Positions 17,168 through 25,441 of a stretch of 64,000 bases of DNA are shown here, piece after piece (positions within the stretch are counted from its first letter, which is position 1; every line of letters starts with the position of its first letter). Under the pieces are notes generated by a model. That model was not told where the DNA came from. It did not search any database and worked only from the letters and a program-made list of their open reading frames with translations. This DNA is from a virus (Duplodnaviria > Caudoviricetes): IMG/VR virus record IMGVR_UViG_3300026432_000013, positions 1-64,000 of that record; one strand, given 5' to 3'. The position numbers were made by a program, and so were the translations under genes.

Positions 17168-17566
17168 CTATCTAGGATTTCTCACATAAGGGTTATCTAT
17201 AAACAATAGGTAGATATCTTTATCATTCTGCTTACGTATGATAGCTCTATTATCATCTCCCATACGTTCTACCTTATTAACTTCCCATACACTATACTCC
17301 TCATACAGACGCTTACCAGAGATATCCTTACCCTGCCATACATCCTCTTGTAGCATAGCCCCTGTAGGTATCACTACGTTTATAAGGTCTTCTACCCAGT
17401 CGTCTGGATATGTCTCAGGTAGAGCCAATAGGTTAAACTGCTCCCCATCCTCTACAAACTTAGTTAGACCCATACCCATAGCACGCTTTACAAACTCTGC
17501 TACCTCTGTAGCTGTAGCACGCTCGCTATATAAGTACGCTACTGGTGTCATTTTCTTACTTAACAT
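17168..17566 (-). CDS. Hypothetical protein
   Basis: SD AAAGGAGTGG; start reassigned to MLSKK. Confidence 0.75.
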   Translation of the reverse strand: MLSKKMTPVAYLYSERATATEVAEFVKRAMGMGLTKFVEDGEQFNLLALPETYPDDWVEDLINVVIPTGAMLQEDVWQGKDISGKRLYEEYSVWEVNKVERMGDDNRAIIRKQNDKDIYLLFIDNPYVRNPR

Positions 17567-17570
17567 ATAT

Positions 17571-17640
17571 ACCACTCCTTTTTATCTAGGTAGCTATTTA
17601 GCTCCATAAGGAAGGCGATAGTATCGCCTGCCCTAGCAAC
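17571..17640 (-). ncRNA. Structured intercistronic RNA element, copy D
   Basis: Same architecture; different loop in hairpin 1. Confidence 0.7.
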
Positions 17641-17958
17641 CTATAGCTGACTCATATGGTCTGCAAACTCGTCTACAGGGAAGTACTCATAGTGGTCATC
17701 GTCCTCACGCTGCTTAGGGTCTGTATACTGGAACGCTACCCACTGCCAGTTTTGTACATCACTAGGGTCGTCTTGGAACTGCTCCCATGCATACAGGTCG
17801 ACATACTTAGGTAGCTGAGATGTAGGTACAATCTTCATAATCTCTACCTCACCACTATCTAGCCCTAGGTATCCGTAGCTAGTATTGATACGGCACACCT
17901 TACCTATCTTAATAGTTCTTTCTACATTCACCGTAATAGATGTTAATCTAGTACCCAT
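17641..17958 (-). CDS. Hypothetical protein
   Basis: Start reassigned to MGTRL after SD AAAGGAG. Confidence 0.75.
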   Translation of the reverse strand: MGTRLTSITVNVERTIKIGKVCRINTSYGYLGLDSGEVEIMKIVPTSQLPKYVDLYAWEQFQDDPSDVQNWQWVAFQYTDPKQREDDDHYEYFPVDEFADHMSQL

Positions 17959-18018
17959 GTCTATCTCTCCTTTTATCCTCGATATTCGTTTGGTGGGTTG
18001 CCCCGCCTCCGTACTCAA

Positions 18019-18054
18019 ATTATCCCACGGACGGAGGAAAATCTCAAGGACGTT
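18019..18054 (-). promoter_or_regulatory. SigA-type early promoter, AACGTCC class
   Basis: AACGTCC-TTGAGA-N17(CGTG)-GATAAT. Confidence 0.8.
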
Positions 18055-18101
18055 GGCTACTGGTATCCTAGTTACGGGGTGTCCCTATAGCGTGGGAGTA
18101 T

Positions 18102-18140
18102 TTTATTTGAAGTGATTTTCTACCTACCCTCCATAGAGAT
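18102..18140 (+). repeat. Polar repeat, 3' half copy
   Basis: TTTATTTGAAGTGATTTTCTACCTACCCTCCATAGA. Confidence 0.6.
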
Positions 18141-18176
18141 GTCTAGGCATAAAAATAGCCCCTATTAGGGGCGGTA

Positions 18177-18518
18177 TTAGTCTAGGTTATAGGTACCAGG
18201 TCTACAGAAGTAGTACCATGCTTCATAGTAATAGGATAGGTTATCATGGGTACGATTCATTAAGGCTAGCCCTGTAAAGTGATGCTGATAGAAGTCTAGC
18301 CACTCACTATGGTAGTGCTCTAGGCAGTCTAGTAATATCTTAGCGCTATCTTTAGTTAGCATATCCTGTACATTAAACTCATCTAGTATATTAGTACACT
18401 CAGCCATAGTAATAGAGTGACTACAGTGCTCACGCTTAATATCATTGATACGCTCTTGTATAAATCCAATAGTCCATTCCATTACTTCTTCTCTAGTATA
18501 TAATTCTTTCTTAGCCAT
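18177..18518 (-). CDS. Hypothetical protein
   Basis: SD AAGGGAG; terminator downstream at 18151-18172. Confidence 0.75.
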   Translation of the reverse strand: MAKKELYTREEVMEWTIGFIQERINDIKREHCSHSITMAECTNILDEFNVQDMLTKDSAKILLDCLEHYHSEWLDFYQHHFTGLALMNRTHDNLSYYYEAWYYFCRPGTYNLD

Positions 18519-18538
18519 TTATATCCGCTCCCTTAGTA

Positions 18539-18742
18539 TTAGAATTCACTACTATGCTTATATCCATTACCTCTTTGTATTACCTTGTATGCGCTCTTAT
18601 CATATATGTTATCCCCTGTATAGGTAGCTAATGCGTAATCAGTGAGTGCCATATTCTTTATAAACCGTCTCATAGCAGACATAGACTGGTATGTCTTATG
18701 ACCCTTTAACCCATCTTGTGAGTACTCTACGTTTAGTGGCAT
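18539..18742 (-). CDS. Hypothetical protein
   Basis: Operon-packed ORF. Confidence 0.7.
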   Translation of the reverse strand: MPLNVEYSQDGLKGHKTYQSMSAMRRFIKNMALTDYALATYTGDNIYDKSAYKVIQRGNGYKHSSEF

Positions 18743-19063
18743 CTATGCCACCACCAGTACGTGTAGGAACTCTACATCAATATATTGTTCCTTAGACACT
18801 GTTACCGTAATACCATGAGTACACACTATGCAGGATGTAGTAGTAAGTGGCAGGTCATCTAGAGCAGGTATCTCATTCATATGATCAGCATGTGCCCACA
18901 TAGTAGTGGCATGCTCATTAGATATTGAAGCAGGTGCTAGGTACATATCACCCTCTATATTGTGCCACTCTGCTTCCTGTATACCTAGCCTTAGGGCTAG
19001 TTCGTCCATTACCTCAGTAGGTATAAGCGTGTTATTAACAAGTACCTTAGTCATATTATGCAC
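18743..19063 (-). CDS. Hypothetical protein
   Basis: Operon-packed ORF. Confidence 0.7.
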   Translation of the reverse strand: MHNMTKVLVNNTLIPTEVMDELALRLGIQEAEWHNIEGDMYLAPASISNEHATTMWAHADHMNEIPALDDLPLTTTSCIVCTHGITVTVSKEQYIDVEFLHVLVVA

Positions 19064-19331
19064 CCCACTTTATGATATGTTTGATAGTACCTGTAGTCTG
19101 GTTATCTATTTCCGCTGCATATACTCCAGTACCAAAGTCTAAGCCTTGGTCTACCTGCTCCTTAACAGTGCTCCAGCCTGTAGCAGTCTTAGTAACCTTA
19201 TTCCACACACCATCGAAAGTATTAGGGCACTTAGGGTCATCGCTATCTACCAACCTACCCTCTTTATCTACAATCACACTATCTCCATCAGTGAATAGTA
19301 TACAGTAATCTTGGCTATACATATTAACCAC
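19056..19331 (-). CDS. Hypothetical protein
   Basis: SD AAAGGAGTGG; true start likely near 19322. Confidence 0.75.
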   Translation of the reverse strand: MVNMYSQDYCILFTDGDSVIVDKEGRLVDSDDPKCPNTFDGVWNKVTKTATGWSTVKEQVDQGLDFGTGVYAAEIDNQTTGTIKHIIKWGA

Positions 19332-19396
19332 TCCTTTTATCTAGGTAACATATAATGTTCCAGTGCTACAGCCCCCGTAGGGGCTATGCTAGCAAC
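19327..19396 (-). ncRNA. Structured intercistronic RNA element, copy E
   Basis: Compensatory AACAT/ATGTT in hairpin 2; cUACGg loop. Confidence 0.75.
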
Positions 19397-19398
19397 AC

Positions 19399-20229
19399 CT
19401 ATGCTAAGATACCAGCTTGCTTTAGAGCCATGATAGTGTACATGCGTAGGATGTTCTCATTACCCTTACCATCTCTTACCTCGATATCGTTATCGATAGC
19501 CATCTCTAGTAGCTCTTCTGTAGTAAGGTGACCATACTTAGCTTTCTTCTTACTACCAGACTTCTTAGGGAAGTGGTGGTTACTGATAGCCATGCACGCT
19601 CTCATACGATTGATACCAGGGTTATCGTTAGTCTTCCACTCTAAGCCTTCAATATCAGCCCACTCTGTAATCTGCTCCATAGATAGGCGCTTGTAGAACT
19701 TCTTAATATCCTCTACAGATTCAAAGTGTCCTACTTCAGGGTACTCAATCTCCTGACCTGCTAGGTCTTCCTTAACCTTAGGAGCTTTAGCCTTAGGCTC
19801 TGGCTGTTTTAGTTTCTTAGCCATAGCTCTCCAGTCAGCTACCTCTTCTTTAGGCTCTTCTTCTACAGGAGCAGGTACTTCCTCTTCAGTATGTACCTCT
19901 GGCTCAGTACCATCTCCTAAGTCTTCCTCTTCTAGTTCTGGCTCAATACCGTCACTACCATCGTTTACTCCTACCTCCTGCTCTTCCTCTACCTGCTCTA
20001 GCTTACCGCTCTCTGGAGCGTCTCCTACCATAACGATTTCTAGCTTACCTTCCTCTACTGCTGCTTCTACTAGAGTGTCGTTACCTGCTTCTTCTACTAC
20101 ATCCTCGATAACCTCTACGCCTTCGTACTCACCAGCTAAAATACCTTTCTTAGTAACCTTTACTCCTAAGATTGCTCCTACTTCCTTAACTGTTGTTACT
20201 GTTTCCTCACCGTTTACTAGATATGCCAT
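19399..20229 (-). CDS. Long member of the tandem helix-extended-helix-like family (N-domain, acidic linker, two repeats)
   Basis: Start reassigned to MAYLV after SD AAAGGAG; C-terminus matches 12922/14602; N-terminus resembles 62531..63223. Confidence 0.85.
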   Translation of the reverse strand: MAYLVNGEETVTTVKEVGAILGVKVTKKGILAGEYEGVEVIEDVVEEAGNDTLVEAAVEEGKLEIVMVGDAPESGKLEQVEEEQEVGVNDGSDGIEPELEEEDLGDGTEPEVHTEEEVPAPVEEEPKEEVADWRAMAKKLKQPEPKAKAPKVKEDLAGQEIEYPEVGHFESVEDIKKFYKRLSMEQITEWADIEGLEWKTNDNPGINRMRACMAISNHHFPKKSGSKKKAKYGHLTTEELLEMAIDNDIEVRDGKGNENILRMYTIMALKQAGILA

Positions 20230-20298
20230 AATTATCGTCTCCTTTATTCTCTGATAGTCGGAAGGTGCTCTGCTGTAGTGCCCCTCTCGCTTGAACAA

Positions 20299-20334
20299 AT
20301 TATGTCATGACTGTTCGAGGAAGTCAAGGACGTT
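20299..20334 (-). promoter_or_regulatory. SigA-type early promoter, AACGTCC class
   Basis: AACGTCC-TTGACT-N17(CATG)-CATAAT. Confidence 0.8.
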
Positions 20335-20470
20335 TTGTTACTCTAGCCTACTCTACTTGCTGACCCTATACGGATTTGGTGTGCTACCAATGTAACCTAC
20401 TTAGCCCCACCAAGAAAAAATAAAAAAGGAAGAGATGCGGTTTCGCTATCTCTTCCCTAGTTCTTTTCCC

Positions 20471-20510
20471 TTATTGGAATTGATTTTCTACCTAACCCCC
20501 ATAGAAACCC
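20471..20510 (+). repeat. Polar repeat, 3' half copy
   Basis: TTATTGGAATTGATTTTCTACCTAACCCCCATAGAAA. Confidence 0.65.
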
Positions 20511-20767
20511 TACGAATGTGGGTTATGCGGTGGGGCTACCATGTCTCTAATGTTAATATAGTGCTCTACCTCTGTAGCTGTAGTACCCTCTGCTGCATGG
20601 TTGTGCTGTACACATAGTGGGCAGGTAGGTAGCTCATCCTTATAGTGAGCTAGGAACGACCCATGCAGGTCACAGGGATGTAGCTTCATACCCTTTGGTA
20701 GATACCTTACTACACCTTCCATACCAATCTGGTTAATAGACTTTTGTATATTATTAATAGTACTCAT
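20510..20767 (-). CDS. Small Cys/His metal-binding protein
   Basis: CDLHG...CPLC; start reassigned to MSTIN after SD AGGAGG. Confidence 0.7.
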   Translation of the reverse strand: MSTINNIQKSINQIGMEGVVRYLPKGMKLHPCDLHGSFLAHYKDELPTCPLCVQHNHAAEGTTATEVEHYINIRDMVAPPHNPHS

Positions 20768-20836
20768 TGTTATCCCTCCTAATACAAATAAAAATAGAGT
20801 ATGGCTTGTCATTCTTGTACCATACTCTAAGCTATA

Positions 20837-21013
20837 CTACTTATATAGATCCATATCCATCTGCTTACCTAGTGGTTGTGAGCTATCCACCTTACTGAAT
20901 AGGTCATCCTTGTGTACTCTTCCTAGTACTCTGTTTCCCACTCGTAGCTCCACTATATCACCTTTACGTACCTTCTCTAGTTTCTCTCTATCCTTATCAT
21001 CTCGTGTATACAT
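20837..21013 (-). CDS. 58-aa hypothetical protein (not in ORF track)
   Basis: SD AAGGAGG; MYTRDDKDREKLEKVRKGDIVEL... Confidence 0.7.
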   Translation of the reverse strand: MYTRDDKDREKLEKVRKGDIVELRVGNRVLGRVHKDDLFSKVDSSQPLGKQMDMDLYK

Positions 21014-21027
21014 GTGTAAGTACCTCC

Positions 21028-21741
21028 TTAGAATTGGCTATCTGATACTACTATTGTATCCTTGTCATCTCCATACTGCTCATCTACAGTCTTCTCATAT
21101 TCCTCTAGTAGTTCTGGTGCATAGTTCTCATAGTATCCACGCTCTGCATCTAGTATTGCCTGTTCTAGTTCAGCATGCTTATCTTCTGGTAAGTATTTCA
21201 TAACCACTTCTATGATAGCTTGGAACTTAGCTTGCTCTACTGCTCTCAGCTGGTCTAGACCGTAGCTAGTGAGTGCCCCATGATTACCACCAGTTAATTT
21301 ATGCTTTAGCTCTATAGCCTTCATAGCATCTTGTAGTTTAACTGTTGGGGAAGTGTATAAACTGTTCATACCAATCTGTATGATACCGTCTAGTACTTCT
21401 AACTCACTCTTAACCATGTGCTTAGTATTTTGCAAAGCTATGGTGTTAAGTACTATAGGTTTACGCTTTGGCATCCCAATACCTAGCATTCTCTCCACCG
21501 TTATCTGCTTTGTGATAGCTTCCTGTAGCATCTCTTTATATTCGTATAGTTTTGGGTGAGATATATTAAAGCCTCTCTCCTTACACCAGTCAGATACCTT
21601 ATGAGGGGATACCCCTGTAAGCAGCATCTCATTAACCTCATCCCCATGTTCCCACTTTACTAGGCGCTCTAGCTTATGGTGTCTAGTTTCTAGCATTTCT
21701 GTGGATAGCTCTTCAATAGTGAGCTTCTTTCTATTCGTCAT
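21028..21741 (-). CDS. HTH-containing helical protein (DUF3486/phage TerS-like)
   Basis: KLERL..EVNEMLLTGVSPHKVSDWCKERGFNISHPKLYEY pattern. Confidence 0.45.
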   Translation of the reverse strand: MTNRKKLTIEELSTEMLETRHHKLERLVKWEHGDEVNEMLLTGVSPHKVSDWCKERGFNISHPKLYEYKEMLQEAITKQITVERMLGIGMPKRKPIVLNTIALQNTKHMVKSELEVLDGIIQIGMNSLYTSPTVKLQDAMKAIELKHKLTGGNHGALTSYGLDQLRAVEQAKFQAIIEVVMKYLPEDKHAELEQAILDAERGYYENYAPELLEEYEKTVDEQYGDDKDTIVVSDSQF

Positions 21742-22043
21742 AGTAGACTACCTCCAATGTTGTTGGGTGTAGGTATGGGTCTAATGCCATACTCTTCTGG
21801 TTTAAAATACTGTTGCTTAAGACAGTGTTCACACACATATCCTCTATCCTGTATCTCCGCTGTATTTAGATGTGTGAGTTTAGGTATTAACTTAAACCCT
21901 GCCGTATTAGTGCATACAATGCACGTAGGGGCAGTGCCTTGTTGTATACTGTTGAATTGTTTATCTATATAATCTCTGTCTGCTCCGTATGATGGGTCAG
22001 TACCTATCAGAGGTTTACTGATACTAAAGTTATCCTGTGACAT
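21738..22043 (-). CDS. Zinc-ribbon hypothetical protein
   Basis: CIVC...CEHC; start uncertain. Confidence 0.65.
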   Translation of the reverse strand: MSQDNFSISKPLIGTDPSYGADRDYIDKQFNSIQQGTAPTCIVCTNTAGFKLIPKLTHLNTAEIQDRGYVCEHCLKQQYFKPEEYGIRPIPTPNNIGGSLL

Positions 22044-22410
22044 ATGGTTGTGGCACTCTCCTTTAGTAGTTTTATTGATGGTTGATGCCATATCTTGGCT
22101 GTGTGTAAGTAGCAATTTGTAAGATAAGCAAAGTGAGTTGGAGTAGAAAAATTAGGTATGGTGCGCCTATAGGGGGCGGTACGGGTCACCCAAACGGGTG
22201 TTTGTGTACTGTATCACCAGTCATTCATACTATACCTGCTCATCTACATTAATAGAACTGTGATTCCCTATCTATTCTCCACACAGTATAACTTTGTGTT
22301 CGTGAGTGAGTACACTGGTACTCCCAGTTACTCTTTGTATGCTCCTATGCATACTTTCCCCACCCACACTATCCTGCCACCAAGTGTCAACTAGGGTTAC
22401 GCTACAGGTA

Positions 22411-22490
22411 TCCGCTGGTACCTCCCTACTCCGCTTTGCATCCGTATGGCTCCGCTGACACCTCCGCTATGCTCCGTTGACATGCTCGGT
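22411..22490 (-). repeat. Phased CGGAG/AGCGG array
   Basis: TCCG-like units on + at about 22411, 22422, 22430, 22441, 22451, 22463, 22473, 22485. Confidence 0.75.
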
Positions 22491-22669
22491 AGCCCCTGTT
22501 GCCAGTTGTGTGAGATAGTGCTTATCTCAGCACCCCTTTGGGGCACATGCCCTAAATATCGTTTCTACTCAAATGATTCTCATAAATCCTATAGGATTCA
22601 TCTCCTTAGTTTATTGATTTAGAAATAGGAGATTGAGAATGTTTGTGAGTGTAACGATATAAAGGCATA

Positions 22670-22885
22670 CAAAAAAGAGAGTCCTTATATAAAAGAACTC
22701 TCTTCCTTGCATAGCAACTATAAAGGAGATGTACGCTTGATAGCAAGCTCTCCATGTGTGAAAACCCTAGTAAAACTAAGGTTTTCTAGCTCCGTTCTGG
22801 ATGCTTGCTATCACAGTAAAGTGTGTGTCAGTGAGTACTGAACTAAACTTTACTTTTAATAACTGCTTCCTAACTGACGGTTACA
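22670..22885 (-). ncRNA. Candidate ~215-nt small RNA
   Basis: Promoter-like TTGAAT-N16-TATAGT upstream, multiple hairpins, intrinsic terminator, no ORF with an SD. Confidence 0.45.
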
Positions 22886-23051
22886 CATATAAACTATAGA
22901 CAATTCAGTACATAATTCAAATGACAGAAAGTCATACCAAATAAAACGATTCTGGACACCATAACTTTTACACCGAAATACATCTGTGTATGGTTACCAT
23001 TTCTATACATAAAGAAAAGGCAGGAACACTCTAGAAAGAGTAGCCCTGCCT

Positions 23052-23987
23052 TTAGGATTCGTAAGGTGTCCAGTTGCCTGCCATATCTTGTCCATAGATA
23101 TTTATCTTGTTGATACCTTCTAATAGTTGGTCAGAATAGTATAGGTCAGTGGTAATGACTTCATTAGCAGTCTTGCTTGTACCTGTACTCAATAGTACAC
23201 CCAATCCTTGCCCCATACCACCAGCTCTAAACTCATACTTCTGTACATCCTTATCGAACTTGAATGTAATCGTAGCCTTGTCTACACCTAACTTCTTACT
23301 CACAGTAGTCCTTGTTATGTTAGTGATAGTCACTAATGGTGCAGGATTGGTGAGTCCTATATCAGAGGAACTGTTATAGTTCTCTAATATTTGTGCAGGA
23401 GTAAGTGCTTTGTTGTACATTCTAGCTGCATGTATCTTACCATCGAACTGTTGACTAGCAGTACCACTAAGGAATGATGCACCAATGTACAGATTGTAGT
23501 TGTTCTTAGCGTAGTTACCCAAACCAGCCAGAGTACCAATCTTAACACCATTCATGTATACATCGCCTGCTCCACCAGTGTTGACTATTGCTAGCTGAGT
23601 CTTACCATCCATAACCACCTCAGCATTATACTGAACAGGTCTAGTAATAGCTCCCAGTGCATTCAATTGAGTACCTGACTTAGCTAAGGCTAGCATTTCA
23701 AACCCTACACCGAACATAATCATTGTCATCTTAGATGTATCCTCTGGTCTCCTAAGAGAAAATACTATCTCCATAGTAGACTGCCCTGTAGATAAGTTAA
23801 TGCCTGGTACAGTAATATATCTAGGTGCTATGTTAACCACGCCATCCCCCTCGATGACTAGGTTACCCCCTGTAGGAATCCCATCTAATGTTCCTACTGT
23901 AGCAGGAGCGATGTTCTTCCATAGAGTAGGGGTACAATCTTTCTGTGCATTCCAATATCCAATTAACCCATCTGTTATTATGCCCAT
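23052..23987 (-). CDS. Virion accessory protein, LamG/ConA-like plus Ig-like domain
   Basis: FDGKIHAARMYNKALTPAQILENY LamG signature; C-terminal QDMAGNW Ig-like end. Confidence 0.75.
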   Translation of the reverse strand: MGIITDGLIGYWNAQKDCTPTLWKNIAPATVGTLDGIPTGGNLVIEGDGVVNIAPRYITVPGINLSTGQSTMEIVFSLRRPEDTSKMTMIMFGVGFEMLALAKSGTQLNALGAITRPVQYNAEVVMDGKTQLAIVNTGGAGDVYMNGVKIGTLAGLGNYAKNNYNLYIGASFLSGTASQQFDGKIHAARMYNKALTPAQILENYNSSSDIGLTNPAPLVTITNITRTTVSKKLGVDKATITFKFDKDVQKYEFRAGGMGQGLGVLLSTGTSKTANEVITTDLYYSDQLLEGINKINIYGQDMAGNWTPYES

Positions 23988-23991
23988 ATGC

Positions 23992-24306
23992 TCACCAACG
24001 TCCTAAGAACTTAGTGTCGAACTGCTTACGCTTTAAGTTTGGATACCCTCCTGTTTCACTATACCATTCATATGTGATCATTTGAGCCTTCTCTGGTAAT
24101 ATATAGTCATGATAATATGCACCCTCTATTCTCTGTGTTTTAGGTACATCGAACTCTTCTATTACCTTCTCTGTCTTAGTGTCCATGATACGGAACTTCA
24201 CCATATCTGGCTCTACTATTTTGTTATTGTGGTCTCTAAATCTACACCAGAACCGTTGTGTATTACCTGTCTGGTAGACTATAGCTCCCTCGTTCTTCTG
24301 TAACAT
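23992..24306 (-). CDS. Putative virion adaptor, Ig-like beta protein
   Basis: GNTQRFWCRFRD...GAYYHDY; within structural-type operon. Confidence 0.55.
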   Translation of the reverse strand: MLQKNEGAIVYQTGNTQRFWCRFRDHNNKIVEPDMVKFRIMDTKTEKVIEEFDVPKTQRIEGAYYHDYILPEKAQMITYEWYSETGGYPNLKRKQFDTKFLGRW

Positions 24307-24307
24307 A

Positions 24308-24760
24308 TTACCACCCTCCTTCTTCTAGGGTAATCTTAGGTGTCACCCATACTTCCATTTCAACGATAGGCATCACACCTGTCTCTAGTTCAGTCAATGC
24401 TTGGTTACCCAACTCTAATTCTTGCTTATTAGCTAGAGCTGATGTACGTAGGTTTATTACTGATATAAATTCCTCTGACATATTGTCCACAACATCCTTT
24501 ACCGTACAATAGATTCTACATGTACCCAGAGCCACACCAAGGAAGTTAGTTCTGTAAGTAATAGTGTCGTACTCCAATGTGCCAATGAGTGGATGACGAA
24601 TACCAAGGCTATCTTCTAGATATAGACCTTGGTATTCAGCCAATTCTTCACTAGCTTTCACTATAATTTCAGTATTAACTCCATAGATAGGTTGTCTAGG
24701 ATGGATAAGTTCAATAGTTGGAGGTGTTGTATCTACAGTTATAGTGAAAAAGTTACCCAT
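24308..24760 (-). CDS. Ig-like domain virion protein
   Basis: MGNFFTITVDTTPP; KDVVDN; paralog of 24763..25440. Confidence 0.7.
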   Translation of the reverse strand: MGNFFTITVDTTPPTIELIHPRQPIYGVNTEIIVKASEELAEYQGLYLEDSLGIRHPLIGTLEYDTITYRTNFLGVALGTCRIYCTVKDVVDNMSEEFISVINLRTSALANKQELELGNQALTELETGVMPIVEMEVWVTPKITLEEGGW

Positions 24761-24762
24761 AA

Positions 24763-25440
24763 TTATGCACTCCAGTTCCCTGCGGCATCCTTAACAAATA
24801 CTTTGATACCTTTCTGTCCATCCCCAGAGCTAGCTACTAGTAAGTCATTTGTCTTAATAGTAACGTTGATAGGCACTGAAGAAGTATCGAATGTTCCTGT
24901 GCCAGAAGTATTAACAGAACCGTTAGTTGTAGGGATAGTAGTACCTGTGTTCTGTGCTGATGATGCATTAGCCACTACCTTAACTGCATACTCAGTAAAT
25001 GGCTTGTCAGCAGAGAATGTAAATGTGTATCCATCTTTAGTAGCTTTCTTAGATACACGTACATCAGAAGCAACTGTAGTAACGTTAGGTAATGTTGCAC
25101 TTAACTTAATACTATCGGAAGCTACTGCTGATTCATTGAGTACATCGTCTCGAATCTTAATATTGATAGTCTTATCTGCATCACCAGGTGTTAGCTTAAT
25201 CTGTTTCGTAAGTGTGTAGGAAATCCAGTTAGACGCTACCTCTGTATCCTGAATATCAGAATCATTAGCCTTGTCTACATCTCCCCAAATCTTCATTTGG
25301 TATCCAACTGTACTAGCATCTGTTGTTCCTATAGCAACGTTTACAAGTTGTTTAGTAGTATATTGTGCTCCACTCTCTATGCTAGCTGTAGGGTTAGCTG
25401 GACCAACAGTATCGACAGTAATATAGAAAAAGTTAGCCAT
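24763..25440 (-). CDS. Ig-like domain virion (decoration/fibre) protein
   Basis: MANFFYITVDTVGP; two beta-sandwich repeats ending KDAAGNWS. Confidence 0.75.
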   Translation of the reverse strand: MANFFYITVDTVGPANPTASIESGAQYTTKQLVNVAIGTTDASTVGYQMKIWGDVDKANDSDIQDTEVASNWISYTLTKQIKLTPGDADKTINIKIRDDVLNESAVASDSIKLSATLPNVTTVASDVRVSKKATKDGYTFTFSADKPFTEYAVKVVANASSAQNTGTTIPTTNGSVNTSGTGTFDTSSVPINVTIKTNDLLVASSGDGQKGIKVFVKDAAGNWSA

Positions 25441-25441
25441 T

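Noticed and set aside
13327-19396. CRISPR array or known self-cleaving ribozyme explanation for the repeated RNA motif
   Set aside because: Copies are dispersed, in both orientations and separated by genes; the hammerhead CUGANGA/GAAA core is absent and no pseudoknot complementarity was seen
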